The notes beneath the pieces were generated by a model that saw nothing but the letters and a program-made list of their open reading frames with translations, had not been told where the DNA came from and searched no databases. A DNA stretch of 64,000 bases from Cetorhinus maximus (lineage: Eukaryota). Made by a program: the position numbers and the translations under genes. The DNA lies in the NCBI RefSeq assembly GCF_964194155.1, contig NC_135879.1:228532001-228596000 (forward strand). Reading direction: 5' to 3'. Positions within the stretch are counted from its first letter, which is position 1. Each line of letters opens with the position of its first letter. Positions 49,579-61,748 of this stretch are shown piece by piece.

Positions 49579-49857
49579 TGTTGTGTTGTGGTGCCAGCTG
49601 TGGTGTCTCAATGATGAGATCTTGAGACTTTTAAGTTTAAATATGAACCATTTATTGTTAATCTTTAACTATGTACAGATCCCAGGTTACTGTCATGCAT
49701 GGTGCTGCTGCTGTGCAGGTAGGTTCTAAAGTGTTCTTCTAGACTGTTCTCTCTGAGCCGATTACCATGTGACTCGATACATCATACTGTGGGCGGGGCT
49801 ATTCTCCAGTCACATGTTCATTCTTGCTCAGCCACGCACCTATACATTACAATAACA
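49579..49857 (-). repeat. LTR-like element related to the LTR at 14767-15044
   Basis: Minus strand TGTTATTGTAATGTATAGG...CCGCCCACAGTATGATGTA...AATAAA...CACAACA, followed by the PBS-like TGGTGATCAGCAGTGG. Confidence 0.55.
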
Positions 49858-51499
49858 TGCAGGCACATACAACATCATACAATAGACCCAGCCTGCCTCC
49901 TATTTAATATCCCTGGGTGTGAATAGGGGCATACCAGGATAACAAATTAAGTGCTGATTGTGTTGATGTCTGATTTACATTTTTACACTTTAGACAATTC
50001 CAAGCAGTGCTCACAGAAATTAGAATGTCCAGCCAAAAGCTGATGGCTGCAGACCTGAATTGATAGGAGAATTGGGTAAAGAGAGACTGATATCCAAATC
50101 TCAGTGATTCAATCCGCATCCGGCAGCTTGTTCTTGCTCCTACAGCTCTATAATGACAATTGCACATTGCAGGTGATTGTGACTTTTTGCAGGTAACATC
50201 ATGGAGTGGGGTGTACAGTGATGGGAAATTTAAATCCCTAATCTCCCCCCACTGCTGGGAGGAAGCTTAGATTTCGGAAACTGCGGGTCATTCTGGAAGG
50301 GCTGGGAATCCTATCCCTCCCACAACCCAGAAATAACCTTAACTGAAGATGACTTCAGGGCTCCCTTGGGGGTTCCATCGACTCATGTTGTAACTTCATT
50401 TGGAATTTCCAAAATGTCAGGAAAACCTCAGTAAATCTACTTGCACTGGGTCCCTGCTGTTTCCAAGATTTTTGGGAGATTTTTTTTTATTCTTTCATAG
50501 GACTTGGGCATTGCTGGCTCGGCCAGTATATTTTATAGCCCGTTCCTAATTGCCCTTGAAGTCATGAAGCTTTGCCTTCTTCTTATCATACAAGAGAGGT
50601 GAGGTTTCCCACTTCCCCGGTGCGCGGAATCCCTACAGTGGGATTCTCATTTCACTAGCTCAGTCGGGACCTGATGTGGAACTGGAAGTCAGTATGCCGA
50701 GTGGGATGAAGCACACCACCCTCGAAATGGAGGGAAATGAGCGCCACAAGGGGTGCTTGGGGAGGCTAGTGAAGCAACTAAATCTCTGAAGACTGATTGT
50801 ACCTTTCAAATCTATTTACAAGTTCAGGATTATCTTTCTTACACAGAATGCCAAGAAAAATTCCATGGCATCAGAAGGATGACCTGACGAACCCCTCTCC
50901 TGAGTTTCTCAGTCTGATAGGGCAGACAGACGCTTGAGATACAACTGATGACAAATTAAGCACTTTCACATGCGTGTGTATGTGTCCGTCTGCATGGGCA
51001 GAATTTTTCGCTCGGCATGCAGGCATACGCCCGACACGCTCGAGCGTAAATTAACGTGCGATGAGGTCAGGTGAGCATCACACATTCATGCGATATTTCG
51101 CTTGGCGGGCACGCGCGGGTGCCGGAGCTGCGCCCACCATTAATTAAGAGGCTAGTTAAGGCCATTAAAAAGTCAATTGACGCCGATTTTCTGTTGCCCG
51201 TGGGATTTTGTGCTCGTCAAACAGGCAAAACGGGCAGGCAGCCAGCCGACAATTTCAAAAACCTCATCCAAGGGCGGGATAAAAAGGTCAGCAGTATTGC
51301 CAGTGTGAGTAGTGAGGACTTCGGTAAATAGTTTGCTGCTGGTGACTTATTGGTATATGGCAGCTTCAACTCTGTTCGGGACTTCATTGTTAGCATTTCC
51401 AGGCTTCATTTCAGGACACCTTGGTGTCTCCAAGGACCCCGGGGAATTCAGGCCATGTGGACTTTTCCAGGTGTCAGACAGCCTTCTGTTACCTCGGTA

Positions 51500-52685
51500 A
51501 TGGGGATTGTGGTCTCTGCTGGAGGCACCTCCTCTGAGGAGGAAAAGAGGGGCAGAAGGAAGAGGAGGCCAGGTGTCCCAATGCAACTTCCAGGGTAGCA
51601 ACCTGTGAGAGAAGAGGGACAGGCACAGGCACAGGGGGCGCAGGGCCAATTCTGCAGTCCAAGGTGGAAGGGCCCGCAGAAGACGCCACTATCCTGCTGC
51701 CAGGGTTTACAGGCAACGATGCAGCTACCTCAATATGTCTAAGGTGCAGTGCCAAAGGAGGCTCTGCCTCTCAAGGGAGACAATGACCTCCATCTGTCAG
51801 ATGATTGGGCATGAGATCACCTCCGACTGTGTGGGTGGACATCCTATGCCATTGGCTCTGAAGGTCACAGTGGCCCTCAATTTCCAAGCCTCTGACTCTT
51901 TCCAGGGGTCAGTTGGGGATCTGTGTGGAGTCTCCCAATCAGCTGTCCATAGTTGCGTCCAGCTGGTTCAGGCGGGTGTTGACTTTCATTTGTTTCAGTA
52001 TGGATGAGGCCATGTAGGCTGAGCGAGTCAGAGGCTTTGCAGCAATTGCTGGGTTCCCCCGCGTCCAGGGTGCAATCGACTGTACACATGTGGCCATCAA
52101 GGCACCAGTGGGTCAGCCGGGTGCCTTCATCAACAGAAAGGGATTCCAATCCATGAACGTGCAAATAGTGTGTGACCATAGGATGCATATTCTGGAAGTT
52201 TGTGCATGGTATCTTGGCAGCTCCCATAATGTGTACATCCTGAGACACTCACAGGTAGCGAGGCTCTTCAGTGCTCCAGCTCAACTGGATGGATGGCTGC
52301 TGCTTATGACGCCTTTCCATTATCCAAGAACAGAGGCAGAGGAGTGGTATATCAGGAGCCATGCCTCCACATGGGCGGTGATAGAGAGGAACATAGATCT
52401 TCTGAAGATGCACTTCCGATGTTTGGACTGTTCATGGGGAGCACTACAACACCCCCCAGAGCAGGCATCACTGATAGTGGTTGCATGCTGTGCTCTCCAC
52501 AATCTGGCACTGGCAAGGGGGAACCCACTGGAGGAGGAGGATCTTGACACAGCTGCACAGGCCACAAATGATGAATCCAGTAGTGAGTCAAAAGAGGAGC
52601 ACAGTGATGAGAATGCTGAGCGTGTAGAGACAGACCTCTGTAACCTCCAGGAACCTCCACCTTGATCCAACGGTCCTTCAGCTAG
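51500..52685 (+). pseudogene. Harbinger transposase pseudogene
   Basis: GAIDCTHVAIKAP, FINRKGFQSMNVQIVCD, YIRSHASTWAVIERNIDLLKMHFRCLD and ACCALHN. Contains stops and frameshifts, and the GDKGYP motif is deleted. Confidence 0.9.
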
Positions 52686-53017
52686 GCTGCCAAATAAGTG
52701 CTACCACCTCATGCCAGGGCTGCCACCTCCATCCCAGATGTCTGAAATGGCCCTTTCCTTTGACCCCAAAGTCCACTCACTGCCTGTGCAATAACGTTTC
52801 AAGCCACCCATGTCAAGCATTACTTACTGGCGTACCCTGCACCACATTAAATAAAAAAGGTGAAGCTTACTCAGGCCATTACGACATAAGAAAGTTTATC
52901 TCATGTTGACAGTCAAAACAAATTAACAGAACGTTCTCTGGTCTTCAACCCCAGACCAGTTAAAATAAACAAAACATTGCACAACAGAAGATCACCCGTG
53001 ACCAGTCCCTCTTTTGC

Positions 53018-54863
53018 TCATGGTACCTTAAACTTACGTGTGTGAGTGCTATGTCTTGGTGCTCCCCACTCGCTGGCACCAGTATTGGAGACAGCCTGCT
53101 GACTCTGCTGTCCTGTTAGCCTTGATGACCTTGGCAGTTAGCCTCTGGCCAGTGGAGCCTGTGCTGGTCCCGCCTGGGAGGGAGCGCCAGTTCCACAGCT
53201 GGCATCTCCTCGGTCAAAGTAGCCTCATTAGATGCCACGGTCATTGGCAGAGGTGTGGAGGAGCTGCTGCCGTCTCCAGAGGGGAGCCCGCAGAGACAAC
53301 AGACAGCTCGTTTGCCAACATGAGGCCACTCTGGGCCTCCCTGCTCACCAGTGATGGACGGGCGCCTAGCTGGGGTACTGGGTGGCTCATCCATCTCCCA
53401 CACGGACACTGACCACCTGAAGTCGGTGCCTGTGTGAGGGCTTGCAGGTTCGAGCGCAACCCCCTCATTCTGTTCCTGGAGATGCCTCTACATGAGAGTC
53501 TCCATTCTCTCAGTGGAGGAGTCAGTGTGCTCAACCATGATGGTCAACGCAGTGCTAATGCCCCGCATGGACTCCTCCAAAATGGAGACCATGGTACGCA
53601 TATCCTCATGGATCTCCACCAGATCCTCCTGCACATCTCGCAGGACATCCAGCACCTGCCGCCTAATGGGCGACTCCAGAGTCTCATCATCTGCCTTCGA
53701 CGGAGCATCATCCTGGTCTCCAGCAGTACCCTGACTGCCGGCACCCTGGACACTATCTGCCTCTGCCTGCACTTCAAGCGTGTGTGAAGTACCCTCGCAC
53801 CGACATTCTAGCCGAAGGTCTAAAACCCACAAGGTGCTAATGTCTGCACTGGTGCCTGGTTCAGAGAGCGGGTGACGCAAGTACATCTGGAACCTGACGG
53901 TCCTCTGGTCTCAGGGGTGGCTCTTCAGGGTCCTGTGATTTAGTGCATGCTGGAGAATCTAAGGGAGAACAATGGCATGACACTAGTTTAAGTCATCACA
54001 CTGTCACTGTGCATGCCAGTCGCCCTGGTGAGACAATGGAGACCTGCATCATGGTGCCATCACCCTTCAATGATCAATGGGGAATCCAGTTTTGAGGCTC
54101 CCATCAATGATGAGACTACACAAGAATGTTTGCACCATTCAAAACTCTCACCTCTGTGCACTGTACCCTTACCTTCATCTGGCACCCAAGCCTCTCTGCG
54201 GCCAATTGACTGAGGTGCGTGGCGCCTCTCCAGGTCGAAGGCGTCCTGCTCATATCTGATTAGGAATATGAGATTAGCCAGTCCATGACTTTTCAATGTT
54301 GTTATGGGCCATCTTCTCCTGAAAGGATAGAGGAGAAAGGATACAGTCCACTCTCTACCTGCAGCACCATTGCAGCCTGGCCAACCCCACCTTGCAGGGC
54401 ACATTCGAGTTGTGGCCCTCGAGCCGCAAGGCACTCAGTCCAAGGAGCCAACCCCCTTGGCCAGCTCCAGTGTCACTGACAATTGGCACTTAGACTCTAA
54501 CACTCCTGAGCTCCACGGGTGGGTGGGTGGGGTGGGGGGGTGGGTGGCAGATGGCCAGCCCTTAACACTTCAACACACTGATCCATGCCAACACGGTACT
54601 TGGTACTCACCCTTCCTGAGCGCAGCAGGTCATTAATCCTCTTGTGGCACTGGACCCAGGTGCACTGCACAACATCATGGCTGCTGCCCAGCACTGCCAC
54701 CTCCTCACAAACTGTTTTTTTAAGATGCGAGACCTCCTCCTTCCACAAAGGTGTCCCTCTTGGCAGCCACCTCCTCCAGGAGGACAGCAAGGCACTCATC
54801 AGAAAACCGGGGGTAGGGGTGGGGGCAAAGTGCCCACCCAACCTGCCCTCCCAATGCAGCCAT
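53018..54863 (-). pseudogene. Harbinger Myb/SANT-like protein pseudogene, spliced
   Basis: EEVAVLGSSHDVVQCTWVQCHKRINDLLRSGR followed by a GTGAGT donor. Same exon layout as copy 1; ends RKFKVP*. Confidence 0.8.
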
Positions 54864-57800
54864 GTTGGAATCCATAACTTTTAATCTCCTGCTGACAACA
54901 CTGAAGATGTTGTCATCGCCGTCAGCCTTCCAGGGCCAGACTGTGCCGGTTTCAAATTGGCTGCCAGGTCCCCATTGGACCCGTCAGGCCCCCGCTCGGC
55001 CCGCCCAAACCATTGGGGAGCCACCGTTCATGCTCGACAGGCCTTAATTAGCCCGCCAGCATGAAATCGCGGTCAGTGGCCAATCGCGGGCAGCGGGCCA
55101 TTTCCAGCCCGCTCCCGAGCACGCCCTCCCGCCAAATTCAATATTCTGGCCTATGCGTCTGCGCGTGTGTGTGTGTATGTGTGAATGTGTGTGTGCGTTT
55201 GTCTTTATGTATGTGTGCATGTGCATGTTTCGCTAAATATACTTGGATAAGCTAACTGGAACTTGAGGGCACTGTGCACCATGAATACCATGGCAGAAAG
55301 AACTTTTACAGTCTTTGTACCAATAAGTGGGCTGTCATTCTAGCAATGGCAGTCTTTAGCAAGATAAGAATGAGATATGGTCTGCTTCAACTTATCCCAA
55401 TTAAAGTTTGTTTTTTTGATGCGTAAATGGATGTTAGTCTGAGAAAACATCTCCTGATTGAGACCATTTCATTCAACCTTATACAGCCAAACCTCATGCT
55501 TTATATTACTTTCAATATACCAGTGAAAGACCACTTGAGTGCAGACCAATCACACTTAATGATGTGATTATGAATCTCAGAAGCTGGTTGCTGACAAATG
55601 ACTGCCCTGATGTTAAATAATGTGCTTAGCTGCTACAGCTGTTAAATAGTATTTCTGATGTGTGTCTTAACATTTGATGTAATTTGAATGTCAATTCATT
55701 AAGAAGCACTGTAAATGTCTTATTGATTCTTTTGATATTAACAACCCAAAGTGTATCAAAAGGAAATTGAAAATTTATCACCTTACATCATTGTTGGAGC
55801 CACAGTTTTATTATGGTAAACCAGGGTTTTCATATACGTTGACAGTTAATCGGTAGCTGTGTGTAGCTTACCCAGCTGCATTTGGCCAGACACACACACA
55901 CACACACACATGCTCCAATTTGCAGGAATTTCTGGCAAGTTTGTGCATTGGTCGACTGTCATTGTGTTCAGGCTGGACAACTGGAATCTCCACAGTCTCT
56001 GACTCAATTTTTCTTGCACTTCAGTGCAGGAAAGCACAGATTTGCACAAGGCAAATCCATTCTGAGATCTAGACTTATTTTCAGGAGTTTTTACATTTAA
56101 GAATGCACAATATCATCCTATCTTTTAAACTCCTGCTGTTGTGCCCCCTTTTCAACTGTTTAGCTTGTGGCTTTTTGCTTTAAAAATCATGCCAAGTTGA
56201 GGACAATTCTGAAGTGAGACTTGAGGCACCTCCCTTCCCAGGGTCTTATCTCTAGGGGTTCCTGATGTACCTGGGCAGTTAATGCTGTCCCTTCCCGGGA
56301 TCTGATCTCTAGAAATTGCTAATGTACCTACAATGTGCAAAGCCCTCAAATGCAGGGTGACTCAGGCAATGCACGACCACAGCTAAGATTGCCAGTGTAG
56401 TTATGAAGCAATTAATTGAATGGAGCAAGAGGCAACCAAGACAGCAATAATAATAAAAACAAAAAGCTAAAAGCTGCTGCGGATGCTGGAAATCCAAAAC
56501 AAAAACAGAATTACCTGGAAAAACTCAGCAGGTCTGGCAGCATCGGTGGAGAAGAAATCAGTTAACGTTTCGAGTCTTCATGACCCTTCAGCAGAACCAA
56601 GACAGCAATGTGCTTCAAGTTACTGCACACACCTTTCTTTCCACAATCACTGTCCAAGGCAAAATTATTCAAATTCTGGCCACAGCAAGTTGTGTTTCGA
56701 TTAATTAACAAATTAATCAGAATCTACTTCTTAATCTCTATCAACCTCATGAGGTAAGCCAAAAATTAAACACCTTGGGGTATAATTGTAGTTCATTTTA
56801 AACCGATCGTGATTAAGGGTGAGCTACAAACTTTGTAGGGAGTTTTGACAATGAATCCGAGAATGTGACCTGAGAGTGGTATTGAGCCCTACTTATTTCA
56901 TCAGCAGATTCACTGATACTCTTGTCAGTTCCAAGTTAGAAGCAAGAGATCAGCAGAATTTCCAGGATATTAGATACAAGGCTGTTAGAGTCACTATGGA
57001 AGATCTGGATAAGCTCTGTGGAACTTCAGGGCCCAATTGTCAATCAAAATGGAAAGTGTCTCACATGCAAAGTCTTTGCTACAATGACTCATGTACGTTG
57101 ATGTATGTAAAACTATAATAAGTAACAACTAATAAAGACATTGCAAGTAACACCTAAATGTAAAATACAAATAAGAGAAATATGCTCCTATTTGACCTCA
57201 ATTTACAGAGCCATAGGGGTAAATTTTAAAGCAGAACAAATTATCAACCACCCCCACCTCTCCACAACCAAAACGTCTGTCGTAACCACGTCAACCAGAA
57301 ACCCGGCTGCCCCACAGTGGTGGCACATTGGGGTGGCCTTTATTAGTTACGAGTGAGACTTCTGCCCCTCAGAGACACAAAGTCCTGCCCTGGAGAGCTG
57401 CTGGCCAGTCTGATTGGTGGGCAGGTCTGTAGTCTCAGCAGCACCCAGATTGAGTAGCGGCCACTGTTGGGACAACAAGCAGTCCCTGAGGATCAAGTGC
57501 CATGGATCCTAGAGCTCAGGTAAGTCCATGGGGGGGGATGGTGGGGGTGGGATTTGAAAACAAGAATGAGCATGTTAAAATCAAGACAGTGCTTGACCTG
57601 GAACCAATGTAGGTCAGTGAGCACGGGGGTGATAGGGGAACAGAATTTGTTGTGAGTTAAGACACGGGCAGCAGAGTTTGGAATGGCCTCAAGTTCATTT
57701 TTGGGCCCATAACTGAATAAGCACACAGCATACATATCTGACGCAGTAGGCCGAAGGCTTGCTGGAAATTGGACCTCAGACAACATTTCAATAATTAAGT

Positions 57801-58934
57801 CTGTTTTGCCTCCAGAGGTCTTTTGCCACTTATCTAAAAATTTGGGCCAGTTGCATCAGTTCAGGTGTGACCCTTGGGTAACTCAGTAAAATGGAAATGG
57901 GTTTGATAATAGCCAGAAGCATCCCTTACAAGTGCTGTAATGTTCAGAGGAGCAACCTGGTTCATCCTGGTTTCACGTGAAATCTTCCTTAGAATCATAA
58001 ACTCATAGAATAGTTACAGCACAGAAAGAGGCCATTCAGCCCATGCTGGCTCTCTGTCAGTTAGTCCCAATTGCCAGCCCTTTCCCTTTGGCCTGCAATT
58101 TTTTTCCCTTCAGGTACTTATCTAATGCGGTTTTAAAAGCCACAATTGTGGCTGTTCCACAATCTCAGACAGTGCATTCTAGATCCTAACTACTCGCTAC
58201 GTAAAAACACATTTTCCTCACATCGCTGTTGGTTTTAAGATTTTCTCCTTTATTAAATTTTCTTTTAAAATTAGTTTTGGTGGCAGTCACATGTTTGGGC
58301 CAGGAAAACCTGAGCAGGTCGGGATCGATGCTTGTGGAACCCCAATTTCAGGAAAAGATCCTAAACCAGGCATGGGTCCCCTAATTAACATAAGAAGGTG
58401 CCTAATTAATGCTTTTTTTTTGGTGTCTGCCAGGAATGCCTGATAACTTGCCCAACCATGTTAACCATGCCCCTATTTGCCCCTAAATTTCCACCCAGGA
58501 AACAAACAGACCCAATCTGTGCCCCATATTTTTAAAAAACATTGCGCTACAAACAAAACCTGTAGGTATTCAAAACCTTGAATAAAAAGATAAATGTAGC
58601 AAAAATACAGGTTAGCAAGTGTTTGAAAAAAGAGACCATTGGGATCATTCAATAGAACATTTTTGGCTTCTATTAAGCACCTTGTTTACCTTTTGCAAGC
58701 TGAGTCATATTGACGTGATGGTCATTTCCCGCAAACAAGAGCTATTTAATGGTAATTACTCACTTTGAAAGAGGGGTTCTTCACTTAGAAACAAAAGCTT
58801 GTTAAATTAATACATTTGCAGTGCATTTACAGCAGCTGTTTTGTACTTCATTGTCTTCACAATATGTTCCATAACAAACAGACAGTAACTTTCAGACAGT
58901 TCTAACTAGCAGGATCATAATAAAATAAGAATGA

Positions 58935-59522
58935 TCTTTATTCAAAATTTAAAAAGCAGGAATTTCCATAACTTGAAGCTTGATGGTTCCACAGATCTTA
59001 TCCACCTTTTATGCACTGAACTGAGTGACGAGGGGAATCAGATTATCTCAGTGATGCAATAACTTGAGCAACACAGCAGACCCACATTGAAAACTGTGAC
59101 CTGAATTTTCATGGAGACGGAAGGGCTCCGTGCTTTAGCCAAAATGGCGCCGAAGCCCCAAATCCGGAATTCCCGCCCCAGTATCCAGCACCCACCACTT
59201 TCACCAGCATGAGAGGGTGGAAACTGGGGCAGGACATACTTTACATAAGCCATTTTATGGAGGCAGCAACATTTAAAAGTGCAGCTGCTTTCACTCAGAA
59301 GCAATTTTCATCACCAAAGTTTCTGAAATACACATCGTGGGGTTTACAAATCTGAGGAAAAGGTCTAAACCTAACTCATTGTTAGGAGTTCTTTGGAGAA
59401 GTCAGGGACCGTTTTGGAATTTTTAACAGTATACGCTAATGTGCATAAAAGGTGGATAAGATCTGTGGAACCATCAGCCTTCAAGTTATGGAAATTCCTG
59501 CTTTTTAAATTTTGAATAAAGA
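58935..59522. repeat. 82-bp inverted repeat (2 mismatches), 424-bp spacer
   Basis: 58935-59016 is the reverse complement of 59441-59522 except for AAGCTT versus AAGGCT. Confidence 0.95.
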
Positions 59523-60336
59523 AACCGCCTGTGTCCTCAGTGGGAAAAATATCAGTGCTTGCAATTTCAGAAGCTGTTTGTTGACAAAAGCCTGAGGGCT
59601 ATCATAGTATTAGTACTGCTTGACTGCTTCCACAACCTGTCATTATCACAGTTGGGGTCTGTAAATTCACAGTCTGATTAACAGCTCCAAGAGGTTATTA
59701 AGGGATTTGCTGTCTTTGATGTGGGGCTATGAATATAAATGATTGTTTTTATAAGAGATTACATGCTTGAAGGGATTTGAATATATTGAATTAGTGTTTT
59801 TTTCCCTATATACTGGTCAGTATAGATACTTAGAGCTTTATTCTATTTCACCTCAGGATAGCTCCTGAGGTACGCTGATGGTGGATACTGGGTGAATTGG
59901 CCTAAGGGAAAAGGGTAGTGGGTGGGGCACGGATTCACATAAATTGGCATTAAGTTGGCATAGAGGCCATAGGAATGAGTGGGCATCATGAGTTGGCATT
60001 CTAAGTTCACATGGAGGGTATAGGTATTTTAAGCATAGGTAGAGGGCATAGGATGGCATGCAGGGTATGAGGGACCATGATGGGTGGTTGGGGAACATGG
60101 GGTAGCATGAATGGGGCATGGGGAATGTGTGCAGGGTGAGGGTGTGTGAGGGGTCTTCCCGCTTCGGCACTAGGCAACCTCCAAACAGTTCCGGGGGGGT
60201 GGCGGGTCTGACTGCAGCAGGCACTCGCCACCCCAGGAAAATGTAGCCATTCGAGGAAGTTTCTCTAGAGTTAGGTTTGGTGAGTTGGCAAATTTCCCAA
60301 CTCTGTGTACCTGACCTGGGAGGGAAAATTAGGGCC
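59098..60336. mobile_element. MITE-like element (~1.2 kb), Harbinger-type termini
   Basis: Termini GACCTGAATTTTC and GAAAATTAGGGCC, with an internal GGCATGG-rich tract. Similar to the adjacent 60591-61748 element. Confidence 0.45.
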
Positions 60337-60590
60337 TGTATTTCTGCTGTGTTAACTAAACCAAAATTAGTGCCATACGCAGTCAGCAGCTTGGAGTTAT
60401 ACAGCTTATTGTATATCCCAGCAAGTTACACATTGCCAGGGCAAAAGAGTTCCATGTGCAGATGCACAAACTTGAGAACTGGTAGATTATCTTGTTGCCA
60501 AATTTTAATGCAATAAGGAAATGTTATCTCCTGACATACAGACTCTAAGTACAAGGTCCAAGGATTTTTTTTAAAATGTGGCTTCACAGT

Positions 60591-61748
60591 GGGCTGGAGT
60601 TATACTGCAGCCAGGGCTACCTCAAAATGATATTAGATCACACTGCTTGGGCCAGATTGGCACCAAGTTAGCAAGATTCCACAATCTTTAAAAAAGGTAG
60701 GCAGGACCCACAAGTCCTGCCCCCATTACTGACAGATCCAGTTTTTGCCGGCAGTGAAAGAGGAGGTGGGTTGTTATTCACACAGGCGGGAAACCCAAAC
60801 TCAGCAGGGCTATTGGACCTTAGTGCTGAGGTCAAACAGATTCCACTTTGGCTGTTCCACTACATTAAGCTGTAGTTTTGGAATCACAAGTTGATAGAGT
60901 AGATAGTTGAAGGGCAGATAAGCTCTGTTTAAGTGTCATGACCTGAAGTTTTTTAAATCCACTGCTCTTTAAATTTGAAAAAAAACAGACTTAAGCTGTC
61001 AACGTGAAGTTCCATTGAAGACGTTGTTGACATTTTCCCAAGCTCTTATAATATAGTTATGAATGCTTGTCTGAGTTTCAAAAGTTACAGTTATCTCAGC
61101 AGGAGGTTCTGTGTCCACAGTTTGATTGACAGTTTAATGATTGCAGTAAAGAGTTAGCTGTCTTTGATGTGGATGCTGAAGAGAATTGTTTTTGTATTTA
61201 TAACAGATTAACCACTTGAGATTTAAAAGCTTTGAATGGGTTTCATTAATAACTTTTTTCACTATCAAGTGCATATGAGTGAGAGATGTATTAGATTGTT
61301 AGAATTGTTTTCATCTCCACATGGCTCCTGAGGTCTGTCCATGGTCAATACTGGGTGAGTGACTATGGAGGTGGCGTGTGGTGTATGAGGGGTTATGGGG
61401 AGGGGTGGGGATGGGGAGCCTGAGTTGACATAGAGTTGATATGGGCTATATGGGGGGGCATGGGGGATGGATGGGGGTGAAGGGGTGTGAGAGGTGAGGA
61501 CCAGAGGACCTAACAGCTTTCAAAACAATTGGGGCAATGCTCCAGAGAACCGAGGCGGGCCTTCTAACCGGCCCGCTTCGACACTTGCCCACCTCTGTGG
61601 CTGGCTAGGATCTGTTTTAGAGGTTAGCAGGCCCAACTATTTCCCAGCCCTTCCTTCCCAGACCAAAGTTTGGCCCTAACAGGATCCTTTAAACTGAGGC
61701 AGGTCTGCCAAGTTGAGAAAGTTCCCTCAGTAGCGAAAACCCAGTCCC
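60591..61748. mobile_element. MITE-like element (~1.15 kb), same family as 59098-60336
   Basis: Termini GGGCTGGAGTT and AAACCCAGTCCC. Shared internal blocks GCTGTCTTTGATGTGG and GCTCCTGAGGT...ATACTGGGTGA. Confidence 0.45.

Larger units (their letters stand above)
50996..55151 (+). mobile_element. PIF/Harbinger DNA transposon, full-length but decayed (copy 2)
   Basis: TIRs GGGCAGAATTT and ATATTCTGGCC, flanked by CAT and TAT. Colinear with copy 1, with convergent transposase and Myb-like genes. Confidence 0.9.

Noticed and set aside
6965-55151. Domesticated HARBI1/NAIF1 host genes
   Set aside because: The copies are TIR-bounded, multicopy and disrupted, so they are transposon relics.
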